NCBI GenBank assembly: GCA_001643675.2
Contig: LSRY02000070.1
Span: 162,868-226,867 of the forward strand
Origin: Monocercomonoides exilis PA203
Taxonomy: Eukaryota > Protista > Preaxostyla
DNA: 64,000 bases
Direction: 5' to 3'
Shown: in pieces, positions 13,326 through 25,777 of the stretch
Position numbering within the stretch: position 1 is the first letter of the stretch
How the letters are laid out: each line of letters opens with the position of its first letter
Made by a program: the position numbers and the translations under genes
Notes under the pieces: model-generated
What the model saw: the letters and a program-made list of their open reading frames with translations, nothing else
What the model was told of the DNA's origin: nothing
Databases searched by the model: none

Positions 13326-14365
13326 ATTTAGAAAATAGTATTTGTTTGTTGAAAAATATGAAAAGAAAAAGAAAAGGCTTTGGAGTTTTTTCTCCAAATG
13401 AAAAAAGATTAATTGAAAAAACAAAAAAAGATCTATTTAATGAAATGAAAAAAGAAATTAATTTAAAAATGTCTTATTCAACATTCTGCAAAAAAACAAG
13501 AAATTTTAAAAAATCAAAGAAAAGGACAGATTTATGTGAAATTTGTGAAAGAGGAAATTTTTTGGAAAAGAAAAAGAAAGAAATAGAAAGAAAAGGACTT
13601 AAATTGGGCCAAACTGAAGATGATGAATTGAATTTAATAATTCATCATCGAAAAATGGCCCAACATCAAAGAAATTATTTTAATGAAAAGAAAGAAAATT
13701 TAAAAAAAAATGAAGTTTTAATTTTAATGGATTTTAAAGAGAATTGGAGCTTGCCAATTTCAAATAATGAAACTGGTAAATCTTTCTTCAATAAAAAACA
13801 AATTTCACATTTATGTTTTGTTGTTTATTATCTTGATTGTTTTGGAGCTTAACAAAAATGTTGTTTCAATTTTTTTTCAGAAATTTTATCTCATGATTAT
13901 CGATTTGTTTTGGAGTGTTTGAATAAGTTATTACGTTTCGATATTTTTTCCAAAATTTATTCTTTTCATTTTTTCTGTGATAATGGTCCTCATTTTCGTT
14001 ATTCACATATTTTTCTTTCACTATTTTCTCCTAATTCTTTATTGTTTTTAAATAAACACTGCTCACTTTCATTTTTTGCCGAACATCACGGAAAAAATGA
14101 ATGTGATAGTAAGTTTGGTTTTTTAACAAATTTAATAAATCATAAACTTGGAAATAGAGTTTTGAATAATATTTTTGATTTAATTGATTTTTTTTGTTAT
14201 AATTGTGATTCATATTTATTTAACACAAATTGTGATAATTCTTCATTTTTCATTTCTGATTCTTTAAATAGTAACTCTAATTATTCTTCTAATATTTTTT
14301 CATCTTCTTCTCAAAACCAGGTAAAAAAGAATAACGAAACGAAGCATAATTTTTTAAGGTTTGAA

Positions 14366-14392
14366 TTTATTTAACTTATTTATTTATTTAAC

Positions 14393-14439
<47 letters not shown>

Positions 14440-14441
14440 TT
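14366..14441 (+). repeat. (TTTA)n microsatellite inside transposase intron 4
   Basis: Directly visible. Confidence 0.95.
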
Positions 14442-16275
14442 AAGTCACAAAGAATTAAAAGAAATAAACTGTCATGAACTGAGAATTAAAGGTATGAGAA
14501 ATTATTTGTTTTTTAAAAAAGATTCAGGCAAACTTCTCGTTTCGCCAATCAGCTGTGAAAAGAGCTCAGGTATGTTTGAAATAGAATATAAAATTTTGAA
14601 AAAATTGGAAACAAAAAAAAGAAAAATTTTTGAAAGAAAAGATAATAACAAAAATGATATTTTCAATTTTGAAAAAGGAAAAATCGGAAAAGGTTTGAAG
14701 AAAGTTATAGAAAATAGAATGACATTTTTGAATTTACATAAAGAAAAAGATTTTATGAATTTTTATGATAATTTCTTTAATAATTTAAATAATTCTTTGG
14801 ATTCAAATAGCTTGACAAGTGAAACAGGTATGTCACAGGTGTGTAATTTAAATTCTGAAAATTCATTTTGTGATTCATTTTCTGATAATTATTCTTTTAA
14901 CGATTCTATTGAAAATTCTTTTTTTAATTAAAACACTTATTTTTGCAAATTTTCATTGTATAATTTGAAAAAATAGATATGAAGGAATTTTTCTTTTTTC
15001 TTTTTCTTTTCTTTTCTTTTTTTTTTTGTCTGTTGTGAGTGATTGATAATAATTTTTGTAATAAACAAACTGTAAAATTATTTTGAATTTTATTTCAATT
15101 TTATTTATTATTAATTATTTCATATTTTCTTTTTTTTTTTAATTTAACAAACAAATTAATTAATAAAAAATAAAAGTTAAATTAACTTAGAAATAACAAA
15201 TATTTGTTTATGCTTATCCGATGAAACCGAAAAACTTTCGGCAGAGGACTAGACTGATTCCATCCTGTTTCTTAATTCTTTTTTAATAATTGAGAAACTT
15301 GAAGGACTTGGGTCCAGAATCAGTTTCCCAGGTAAATAAATGTTTGTTATCGTTTTTTTTAGAAAATAAAAAATTTTAAAACTGTTCAGTGAATTATTAA
15401 ATTTTATGTAGAAATTATTGTCGAAATTACGGGTGGAACAAAATTTGGAAAAAGAAAATTTTGCCCCATGTGAATTATTATAATAATAAATCTTTTATAA
15501 AAATGAAAAATAAAAAATTAATAATTATTTTTCATTCATTATTTTTTCAATCAAGTTTGAAGGAGAAGGTGAGGTTTAAGTGGCAAAAAAATAGTGTTAC
15601 ACAAACAACACCCCCATAAAAACACAAAAAGCTTAATTGAATTATTCTTTAAATGAAAAAAAAAGTAATTAAAAAACTTGATTTAAACGCCAAAAAGAAA
15701 AAGAAAAAGAAAAAGTTATCAACAAAAATAAGCTTTCAGTCAAATTTTAATATCAAAAAAATCAAAAAAATCAAAAAAATAAAAAGATAAAAAATAAAAA
15801 GATAAAAAAATAAATCTCAAAGAATGTCTTTTGCTGAATGAAGAAAAAAATAACAATTTAATTTCATTTAAAAGACCCTTAAGAGGCAAAAAGCGAGAAA
15901 AATAACGAAAAAAAGGAAGAAAGGAAAGAAGCAGAAAGAAGAAAAGAAAATGTTATAAAAAGGGGGGAAGAAAATAAAATTGAAAATAAAAATAAATAAC
16001 AAATAATATTTCGAAAACGAAAACGAATAAAATTAAAATATAAAAAATAAGATTCAACACAAAAAAATTTAAACACATTGAAAAATGAAATAGAAGAAGA
16101 AAAAAGAAAAAAGAAATAAAAACAATAACTTTTCACGGATCAAATTCTATTATTCTTTCTTTTTCTTTTTCTTTTTCTTCTTCAATTTCTTTCTCTCTTC
16201 TCTCTCTCTTCTCTCTCTCTCTTCTCTCTCTTTCTCTTTCTCTTTCTCCTCTCTTTCTAACTGTTTCCTCTCCTT

Positions 16276-17958
16276 TTAATTCTCCTTATTCTCCGCTCTT
16301 CTCTTCTCAATGCTCATCTGCGTCAGCTCCTTCACCTGTATCGGGTCTCCCTTATACTCCGGATGCTTCGCCCTCCACTCCTTCTCTGCCTCTCTCGCTG
16401 CCTTTGTCAGCTCTCTCACTTCATCCTCGCTTTGATTCGTGACCTGCTTGCAAAACGTTGGTGCCTTCCCGAAATGAGTCGAAGGGTTGTCCTGATTAAT
16501 CCCCTTTCTGCACACACAGCAGAAGTTGTACCCGCAACTGCACCGCATGTGATTGCACCCTTCCTTCTTCACAATCGCCGCATAGCAGCTGGGGCAATAG
16601 CGAATCCACTTCTCGTCAACCGCCATCTGCACATGGCGGATAAGCGAAGCCTCGTTCTCCTCCTCCAGCTTCGGACACTTCTCCCCTTTTTTGTGCGCTT
16701 CTTTATTGCAGATAGTGCAGATGAGCTTGCCACACCGCTGGTTTCTGCAGTAAAAGATGGGTGGAAGAGGAATATTTGCTGGAATTTCCTCGTGATATAG
16801 GCAGAACGGGCAGAAGAAGCAGTTTATTCCACTCTTTCGCACCTCCTGCAGACTCGCCAGCTGCGCCCACCGCAGAAACAGTTCTCCACCGTACAATGCG
16901 CGAAAGATCGTGGAGAAGGTGTATGTCTTGTTGCAGCTGCAGTCCGCAAAGCAGTGCAGCGTCGCCATGTTCATCTTCACACAATGCCGCACCTCCTGCT
17001 TGAAGCATGAAAGACAGATTGCATGGCCATCTGGGCACTTCACACAGCTCACCCCTGCCACTTCATCGAAGCACGACGGACACTCCACAAGGAACCACAG
17101 CTTCGCTGCCTCAGAATTTAGAGGCGCCTGCTTTGCCAGCAGCGCTTTTTTCGCCTCGAGGCCTTCGATTCTGCGGGATCGGTTCTCTCTTTTGCGAAAG
17201 ATCATCTTCTGAAGCGCTTTCACATCATCTGCCAATCGCTTGACTGTCGCAGGCAGTGGGGTTTGAGGAAATGGAATTTTCACATGGCATTTGCGCAAAA
17301 AATCCGAGGTTATGTCTTCGGGTACTTCTTTGATAACGTCCGTTGAACCACTTGGCTTTGAAGGATTCGTTGAAGATGATTTTTGTTCCACAAATTCTTT
17401 TTCATAATCATCAAGTTCCATTTGTTTTTGTAATTTCCACAAAATTTTCCAAGCATTTTTTAAATTAAACTCGCTTCTCGTGAGTATTGTCATTGTTAGT
17501 ATATAATGTAACTGAGGAAATTCATTTTTCAGAAAACAGAAAGCTGCTTGAATGTATTTATCTGATTCTTTCTCGGGATCTGCCTCATCCACAATTCGGA
17601 TCTTTGCTTCAGGTGTTTCATTTATGCGTTCTGGATTTATTGAAGACTGTAAATCTTGAAGAAGTTCTTCCTTCTCTTCAGATTCATCTTCTTCTTTAAC
17701 AGGATATTTCCCATTCAAACTAAGCAAATGCTCAATAATTATGTTAACGTAGTTTGGGCTACCACAGTTGCTAATTAAGAGTTCTTTAACATAATAAATT
17801 GAAATATTGTTGAATCGTTCAAGAATTTCTTTCAAATCTTTCTTCAATTGAACGTCGCTGATTTTTGGCTTCTCATTAATTCCAAAAGGCAAAAGCAAAG
17901 CTTGGTCAAAAAATTCGAGATCAATATCTTTTGCATCATTTCCTTCGTTTGTGGTCAT
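16276..17958 (-). CDS. RBR (RING1-IBR-RING2) E3 ubiquitin ligase, RNF216/TRIAD3-like, 560 aa
   Basis: RING1 ECPSCF..CPDGHAICLSC..CFADCSC; IBR CPFC..FYCRNQRCGKLICTICNKEAH..C; RING2 CPSC..IVKKEGCNHMRCSCGYNFCCVC with the catalytic Cys; CUE-like LKNEFPQL region upstream. Uninterrupted ORF. Confidence 0.92.
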   Translation of the reverse strand: MTTNEGNDAKDIDLEFFDQALLLPFGINEKPKISDVQLKKDLKEILERFNNISIYYVKELLISNCGSPNYVNIIIEHLLSLNGKYPVKEEDESEEKEELLQDLQSSINPERINETPEAKIRIVDEADPEKESDKYIQAAFCFLKNEFPQLHYILTMTILTRSEFNLKNAWKILWKLQKQMELDDYEKEFVEQKSSSTNPSKPSGSTDVIKEVPEDITSDFLRKCHVKIPFPQTPLPATVKRLADDVKALQKMIFRKRENRSRRIEGLEAKKALLAKQAPLNSEAAKLWFLVECPSCFDEVAGVSCVKCPDGHAICLSCFKQEVRHCVKMNMATLHCFADCSCNKTYTFSTIFRALYGGELFLRWAQLASLQEVRKSGINCFFCPFCLYHEEIPANIPLPPIFYCRNQRCGKLICTICNKEAHKKGEKCPKLEEENEASLIRHVQMAVDEKWIRYCPSCYAAIVKKEGCNHMRCSCGYNFCCVCRKGINQDNPSTHFGKAPTFCKQVTNQSEDEVRELTKAAREAEKEWRAKHPEYKGDPIQVKELTQMSIEKRRAENKEN

Positions 17959-18179
17959 TTTTTGATTAATAGTTATTTGTTATGCTTTTGATCAATTAAT
18001 AATTTCATCACAGACCTGAACTTACAGCATTTCAGTTGTTACAAAAGAATGCATGACGCAGTCTGGAAAAGTGTTTTCTATATTTTTTTATTACTCTTCT
18101 TTTTGTGATCAGCACTTTTTTTCATTAGGGTGGAAGTCTCATAACCTCTGTTCTTTTTGTTCTCTCATTATTACAGTAT

Positions 18180-18650
18180 TTATATGCATCAATTTATGTT
18201 CAACCAGATACAGGGAACAATAACACTGATTGTCTTCAAAAAGGAATACAATTTCCATGTAAAACTCTTCATAATGCAGTAAATAACGCTGAAGCAAATA
18301 CAGAAATAATTTTTACTGCAAACATTTCTTACTAAAATTTTTATTGTGTTGTTATCGATTCAAAAACAAACCTAACAATAAAAGGTTCAAATACAAATGT
18401 CTCCTTATTTTCTGATTCAACAAACAGAGAAACACTTTTTTCATGCAACAACAATGATACGTAAGTTTCATTGTTTATTTCATTGTTATTTTGATGTTTG
18501 TGTTTATTTGCCTTTTTGACAATTTCAAAAATAATTATAAAAGCTGAAGCTAATGGTGAACTTAGTGTTTCCAAGTGCAAAAATGTATCGATTGCTAACG
18601 TCACAACTCAGGAATTGGATGCATCGGGTTTGGTCTTCTTCAACATTTGA
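18180..18650 (+). pseudogene. Remnant of a secreted/surface beta-helix-type protein N-terminus
   Basis: Manual translation IYVQPDTGNNNTDCLQKGIQFPCKTLHNAV..ISY*..SKTNLTIKGSN shows the YV..G...C....PCKT motif, an in-frame TAA, and a gtaag donor at 18461. Confidence 0.5.
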
Positions 18651-19255
18651 TTTTAATGTTAATGAAAATATTTACACTCATTTTTGAATTGATTAATTTC
18701 ATCATTTTTATCTCCCTTTAATTTCACTGAAAGATCCATTTCGATTCTTAGGATTAAGATTAACAAAGACATAAAGTCATGTGCTCAAACCCTTTGCAAC
18801 AATAACTGTTATGTGTATGTATCCAGAAGCAACTTCACAAAAATCTCCTCAGTTGATCAGACATCAAAGATCTCCTTCGGCTACTTCGAAGGCTGCCCAA
18901 CTGTAGGCTTTGATGGGCTTTCTGTAACCATCCAGTGCGGATTCGTAGTGAAAATGCTCTAATGCCAGACAGTTGCAGTAAAGAACAGCAAGCTCCGCCA
19001 GATGGGCACATACTCTGGTCAAATGGGAAAGCAGATGAATGAGCACTTCGCATTCGCTGCCATCGGCGCAGAAGATCTGAAAGTCGAGTTTTCGACGTTT
19101 TCGGTGTCTGGCTGTGCGGACTGTGTTGGGTGCTGCTATGTGGCTGGGGGAGTCCGACTGTGGTAACCGTGAGTGATTCGTTGCTCTTCTCTGCAAGCAC
19201 TTTAAGTGGTGGCCTCAACAGCAATGGTCTTCTCATGTTATTATTATTATTATTA

Positions 19256-22200
19256 CACCAAAAATAATTCAAAATGTAAATTTTTGCGTTCAAAAAAATA
19301 AAAATTGCATTCAAAATAAAAAATTTGCAAACAAAATGAGAACTTTTGCGTTCAAGATGGAAAATTTGCAAACGAATTAATAATTTTTTAAAACGAAACA
19401 ATAGATGAATTGTGAATAGATTTTTTTCATTTGAATAGATTCAACTTATTTGAATGAACTGGGTTTTTCTTAAATGAAGTCATGTTATTTTAAATGGTTG
19501 AAGTTACACTTGAATAAAGTGCGATACACTTAAATAAAGTTTTTTATGAAAAAGTGGTGAACACTTATTACAATATTTTTGTGTTTTATCTTTCACTTTA
19601 TCAACAAAAAAAATGAAAAAGTCAAATTAATTATGATTTTTCAATATTCTCAAAAAAAATTTAAGATATGTAAAAAAGAAGATTTTATTTGACAAAAAGA
19701 AAGAGAAATGAATGCAAATATCATTTTGTTATCGTTATTCTATTCTATTTTCGACTTTTTAACTTTTTTTGATCACTGTATAATTAAATATAAAAAACAA
19801 AATTTTGTTTTTATTGAAGTTCGTGGAGTGATCTGCAGCCAACAAAGCATATAATTTCGAATCTCTCAGTCAAGTCGACAGGTTGAAGCTGCTTTCATCT
19901 TTGCAACTTTCTCCATTGACTGGGCATATTTCATTTTCATTGATAGATTTCTTTTATCAAACCTCTCTTTATAAGTCTTCTCTTCCTTTTTGACTGCTCT
20001 CCTCCACTGCTCTTCTTGTAATATCTCCATCGTAACCATCTCAAATGCCTTAGGATCCTTTCTGATGTTATCATTCACAATCTCTTTCAGATCATCTGCT
20101 TCATTCTTTGCCTTTCTCCATCGAACAGCCAGAATAGCAACAATTACAAGCAGAAGCACATCAAATACAACACGCACAATCTCAACAATTGGCCAAAATG
20201 ATTTTTCTTTCTTTCCCTCCTTCAACAAGTTTTCCATCTCCATTTAGCTCAGATTTAGTTCTGTTCTTCAGGATGAATGACTCCGTTCATGAAAGAGAAT
20301 CAATCTTTCCAAACAAGATCTTTACAGATACTTACGTTTCCTCAGATGCATTGTTACAATTGATGCTGGAATGGCTTCATGAATCTCTGTTTCACCTGCA
20401 AACTCTACTGACAGATGCGGATACACCTGGAGTTCGTGAACCATTCAATCGAAGGAATCAACCTGGAGAGCCAAGTGGCAATGCAGAAGCAAGGAGCCAG
20501 TATGATCAATTGAAAGAGTGCTCCCTAACTGGCGAGATATCACTGAATTCAGATACTGAATGAAGAACGGAGAATCCCTTTCTGAAGCGACTATAGAAAA
20601 ATTGCATTCCAAATTCAAAGCCCAAAGTGATGAGTTCTCTTTTAAGCCATCTCCGCCTTTCGGGCTTTGAATATTCAGAAGCGCATGACCAGAGCAGGCG
20701 ATGCAGTTCCTTATGGATGAATAGCCTACTGCATTTGGGCTGTTGCTGGAAAACAGCACAAACTGAATTTGTTTGTTTCCTCCAGAGATCGACAGCCTTC
20801 ACTTGGATGAATTGGAGATTGTGGTGTCTGATATTCTTCCTGTGCAATCCTGAAGATCAACCATTAATCCACTCCACTGGCACAGCTCTTCTGATCGATC
20901 ATCGCTCGCTCTCAACTCTGGTTCGCTTGCTGCTCCATCAAACACACACGATGATACGAAAGCATTCCCCAAATCTGACAAAGCTGGAATGCTCCATTTT
21001 TCAGATAGCGAAGCACACATTTTGTTCAAGCAGTTTATTCCAGCAACAAAGACGAAGATGAAGAGGCCAAGCGTCATGCACCAAGTGAACCATGGGTAAT
21101 GGTTTGATTATGATAACAGCTTCAGTTAGAATAACGAAGCATTTGATGCAACGCGCCCTGCACATCCTTCTTCAAGCATTGCGTTTGAAATAGCCAAGAA
21201 TGATCTCAATATCTGAATCTTGGCATTCTATAGAAAGCAAAGAACCAGACAGCACAGATATGGCATCGAATTCCGAATGATAGCGTTGGATGCTTGAATG
21301 ATCTCCTGAACTTTATGAGGAAAACACAATCAAGCTTGATTTGCTCTTTGCATTTCGGATTTGAACCTTCTGCAGCTGGGAGTCTTTGCAGTTGTGAAGG
21401 AGAAAGGCGGATTGTTCAAGTGTGCAACTGGAAATAAGCACTTGCTGCGTTGAGATGTTTACCAGATTGCGGAAGTCCAATAACACACCAGAATTCACAT
21501 CAGAAATGTTCAAGTTCATATCTGATCAATGTTGTCCGTCTCTTGCTGCTACGCATGAAGCACTAATACGAGGGGAAACAAAAGTGCATCCGTTGATCGA
21601 TAGCCTGCCATTCTCCACAAGAATGATGGTGCAGTTCAGTTTCATTTCAGAATTTCCACTCGAAGCTTCTTGAGCAAAGATTGTGTCTGCAATCGACAAG
21701 TTGCCATCAGCATGCGATATTAAGCTGGAATGAGAAGAAGAAAGAGCGCTCCCAAACAAAAACGAAAGAGATTCCATTTTTACTCTCGACGAGCACGAAA
21801 TGAAACAACCCATCTTTCTTTCAATGCTGCTGTTCAGCAGAATAATCCCTCTTACGCCTTCCACATCCAGCGACTTGATCCAAACATCTCAAGCGCTTGC
21901 TTCCCCTGACACCACAGCGCTTTTGTCGATGAGCAAATTGCTGTAAACTGAAGGAATGATGTGGGGCAGCGCAACATTCAGCGAAATGCAAGGCTCGCTC
22001 ATTTCCCCACACTTCCGGAGATCAGACGCGTTGCTGGTTGATGAAGAACCAAATATTGTCTCGCTATGATACACAACAATAAGCAGCAACATATCTTGCC
22101 CGTCAGCATAGTCTTGTGCGGTGCATTCCCACATAGCAAACTCCCGAACAAACGGTGCTCTGAAATCGAGCTGGAACGGTTTGTTGCCAATTTGAATTTT

Positions 22201-23850
22201 TTCATTCGCGCATTTTTCATATAAGTCTCTTCCAACAAATGCTTTGTCCTCCATGAATGCGGTGTTTTTAAACAGGAAAGGAAGCAGGCCATCTCTTGTG
22301 ATCAAAGAACAATCCAGGAACATCGCGCCTCCTCTGCCGGTCGCTGAGCAGAAACATCCAGAGATCGAACAAAAGTTGCAGTGGAACAACGAGCCTTCGC
22401 TCAATTTCATGGCAATGCATCCGCCATTCTCACTCAGGATGCTTCCGCTGCTCTTGATCGACGTGTTTTGGACAAGCACGCGGGAAGGCTCGCTTCCACA
22501 GCAGCTGATGATCGATGGCTGAGAAGGAGCACTTTGGCGAAGCGAAAAAAGCGCGTAACATTTCAACTGAACTATTTCACTGTTAACTTCAATTAATCCT
22601 ATCAACTCGCCTCTCCACACAGCCTGTGAAAACATGACAACAATTCTTCTGATCATCAACTCCATATTGCTCATGGAAACATTTGTCAAATCAATGCTGC
22701 TCTCATGTGATGCAGTTAGAACGTGGCCTCAACATTCGATGGATTGAAACTGTTTGAATAACATTTCGCATATTTTAAACAGGAAACCTCTAACGCAAAA
22801 TGGAATGTCACTGGAGAAGCGCAGATAAATAGCAAGAGAAAAGCGGCTGAACTCTGTTCATTATTCAATAAAATAATGATCACAAATAAGTTTGTTTTTG
22901 AATCCATTTTTTTAGAAAAATCGATCACAATTATTTGTTAATGATTATTTCCGGTCTTTAAATGCTATTGAGCAGATCTAAGTGTAAATATCAGTTGTTT
23001 GCATATATATTGATGCAATCCAACACATAATTCAGCATTATTTTAATTATCTTTATTTGCTCAATAGAAAAAATACATATTTCTTGAAATAAAATACGAA
23101 ATTCTTCTTTCATCAATTTTTAAAAATGTTAAAACGTGTGAATAACATAGTTTGAAGGTCCAACAATCAAAGGATGCAATATTGATATGTTTTGAATCGT
23201 TTATTGACGCAAAAGAATTTTAACAGTTTTTCTGATTTTTTGATCCATTTGATCTTTGAAAGAATTTGACGAAAACAACAAAAATCATTCACAAAACGGC
23301 ATTATTATAATTCAAATAATTTATGTAAGTTTTTGCAATCAATTTAATAAACAATAAAAATACTTGTTTTTTTTCAATATTTTCGTAACTCAAATAAACT
23401 CAGTCTATCTTAAATGAACTCGGTTCATTCAAATGAACTCGATCTATTCGAATTAACATGAGTTCATTTGAATAAACCTAGTTTATTTGAATCAAAAAAA
23501 TCTATCCAAAATTCATCTAATAATTTTTGCATTCGAAATAATAATTGTTCAAAACCTAACAAAATTTTGCTCACTCTCTCACGAAATTTTGTGAAAATCA
23601 TTTTTTCACTTTTGAATCGGAAATGATTTTGTGCTGTCATTATTTTCTTGTACGTTGGAAATTTTTTTTGAAATGTTTTTAATTTTTTCCTGAAATTTTT
23701 AATAATTTCAAATAATTTTTTTCCCTGTGAAAACAAAAGATATTTTCATTTCGAATGCAAAATTTTAAATTTCGTTTGAAAAAACTATTAATTCGTTTGC
23801 AAATTTTTTAATTCGATTGCAAAAATTCTCATTTTGAATAATTTTTGGTG
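19256..23850. mobile_element. 4.6-kb TIR element with TA target duplication and subterminal 20-21-bp repeats, carrying a surface-protein gene
   Basis: Left TA|CACCAAAAATAATTC and right GAATAATTTTTGGTG|TA match 14/15 as inverted repeats. Further inverted blocks: aaatttgcaaacgaattaata (~19362 / ~23786) and tagatgaattgtgaatagatttttttcatt (19402 / ~23490-23519). Both flanks are (TTA)n in the same phase. Confidence 0.75.
19866..22907 (-). pseudogene. Type-I membrane surface protein (beta-helix/pectin-lyase-like repeats, C-terminal TM and conserved tail), fragmented
   Basis: Hydrophobic N-terminus, ENGGCI, CSATGRGGAMFLDC, AFVGRDLY, CGEMSEPCISLN, TM WPIVEIVRVVFDVLLLVIVAILAV followed by RWRKAKNEADDLKEIVNDNIRKDPKAFEMVTME. 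Split over at least 8 ORFs by stops and frameshifts. Confidence 0.75.
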
Positions 23851-24863
23851 TATTATTATTATTATTATTATCTTCGTCTCATTCTTCATAAACTTCAAAA
23901 TAATCAAAAGTGAAACAAATTCATCGTATTTAAAGCATGATTTCATTATTCTTTGTTCTGCCTGAATATTCTCCTTCAACTTCAATGTTTGCTATTTCAT
24001 TTAATCAAGTATTTTGTCGAAATGCTCTTATTCTGACTCGTTAATTCTGTTCATTCAGCTGAGAAACCAAATTAAAACAAAAATTGTTTCATTTCATCCC
24101 TTAAATTCTGCAGATCAATTGTCAATCTTTCATAATTTCATTTTTCATTCACTATTCTCGTGATAAAAAATAGATTTTCTTAACGAATTTATTTCAATTC
24201 ATCTGATTCAAATCGTTTTTTTCTTCGGCACCTTCAATAAGTGAATAAAATATATTGTAATTACAATTTCATTCAAATTCTCATCTAATTCAGCTCTTTG
24301 CCTCGCCTTTCATTTCTATTCATTATGGCAAAAAGAATGTTCACACTTTCATTGAATTTAAGCCAAGCCTAACACAACAATGAAATGGGAAACTTTGAGC
24401 CAGAAAAGCTGATCAGAAAATGGTCAATTATAAAATGAAGAGGATTTAACAGTTTTTATTTGGAAGATGAAAGAGGTCCATGTATAAAGAAAATATTATA
24501 AAAGCAATTGTTGGATGGAATAAATGATTGAAGTGATGTTCTTCAGTTTTCACAATTCAAAAAATCTTCAACGAGTGATGGAAGAGTGAAAATTTCACTG
24601 ACCATCAAAAATAACTGATCCACTTTTAAAAACTGAAAAAATGAACAAACAGTAATGAAAGAAAAAAATCACATTCAATTATTATTATTATCATACACGT
24701 TAATGCTTTGCAATAGGGATTATTTTTTTAATCTTTTCAAAAACAACGTAAAAAGAACGATTTTCCTGTTAATAGAAACATTATTAGTCAAAAATATGTG
24801 ATATGTGTTTTCAAAAAAAAGTTAAAATTCAATATTAAATTACAATGACATAATAAAAATATA

Positions 24864-25450
24864 CTAATAGTTGATTGATCCTCCTTCATTTGAAATAACT
24901 GTTTAAATGCGTTTGTGCATCGAATGAACAAGTTTATTAATAATATCCATTTCAATTCCATTCCAGGCATCCAAAATTGAATGTTTCAGCTCATTCACAT
25001 CTTTCTTTGGTTTTCCATCTTTGAAAACTATTCAAGATAAAATGCTCCACACATTTTCGATGATATTCAAATCTGGAGAATAAGGGTGCTATTCAACGCT
25101 GGTTATTGAAAAATCTTTGACAATATTTTGCACCTTTAAAGATCGATGAATTGGTGAATTATCGTGGATAAATCTCCAATTTTTTTTTTTTGAATCGCTT
25201 GCGTGCATAAGAAATCAAAGAAAACTTCGAAATATGACAATATTCCTCAGAATTCATTGTTTCACTGACAAAAACGATTGGTGGTTTGAAATTATGACCC
25301 ACTGTTGCACAAATATTTATTTTTTCATGTTTATTCTGACTTTGATGATCGAAAATTTCCTCATTATCTTTTTCAATCCATTCCATTCTTTTATTATCTG
25401 GTCCAAATAAATGGGTGATTTTTTTTTGATTACATAAAAAAAGATCAAAA
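24864..25450 (-). mobile_element. Tc1-family DD34E transposase remnant
   Basis: Manual translation LFGPDNKRMEW..IVFVSETMNSEEYC..(frameshift) FIHDNSPIHRS..E*HPYSPDLNIIENVWSIL..HSMHKRI*TVISNEGGSINY*. There are 34 residues between D (HDN) and E (IIEN). Confidence 0.88.
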
Positions 25451-25777
25451 ATCGAAAAAATGAATTCTATTGTTGTATTTGTTGATCAAAAAGAAAAATT
25501 GATTTTTTGCAAATAATCAGCTTTTTAAAACTTTGATGTGCATGCGTTTTATTTATTTGTGGAAAAAAAACATACCTTTTTATGAATTCAGTGAATATTC
25601 TATTTATTAATCAAGTTTGAAAAAAAAAAGGTGTTGAATTAGAAAATGAAACTGTCAAAGGAAAATGTCAAGTTTCTCAGTTTCCAAAAGGTACTAATAA
25701 ATAAAAAATACTTTGAAAAACATAATTGAAACAGTTTGATAAAAGATTGCTTCAATTAATAAATTTTTTAATCTTTA

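Larger units (their letters stand above)
11288..14931 (+). pseudogene. Sola-superfamily-like DDD transposase, 5 exons, two in-frame stops
   Basis: Exons 11288-11462, 11585-11782, 11903-11986, 12078-14358 and 14445-14931 join via GT-AG introns in consistent phase (3225 nt). Motifs: CEIC..HH..HQR, LILMDFKENW, ILSHD, FFCDNGPHFR, FFAEHHGKNECDSKFG, LRIKGMRNY. Stops TGA 13139 and TAA 13850. Confidence 0.75.

Noticed and set aside
5482-13852. TAA/TAG read as Gln (as in the oxymonad Streblomastix) to explain the in-frame stops
   Set aside because: Long ORFs here (560, 759, 485 aa) use CAA/CAG with no internal TAR, and the disrupted genes also have TGA stops and frameshifts. Pseudogenisation under the standard code fits better.
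15874-15890. TTAA-GAG as a Sola3-type terminus for the transposase element
   Set aside because: No matching inverted terminus found, and the orientation does not fit a right end.
16150-16278. Read-through of the RBR stop into an E/R/K-rich tail
   Set aside because: Purine microsatellite sequence is trivially stop-free; no independent support.
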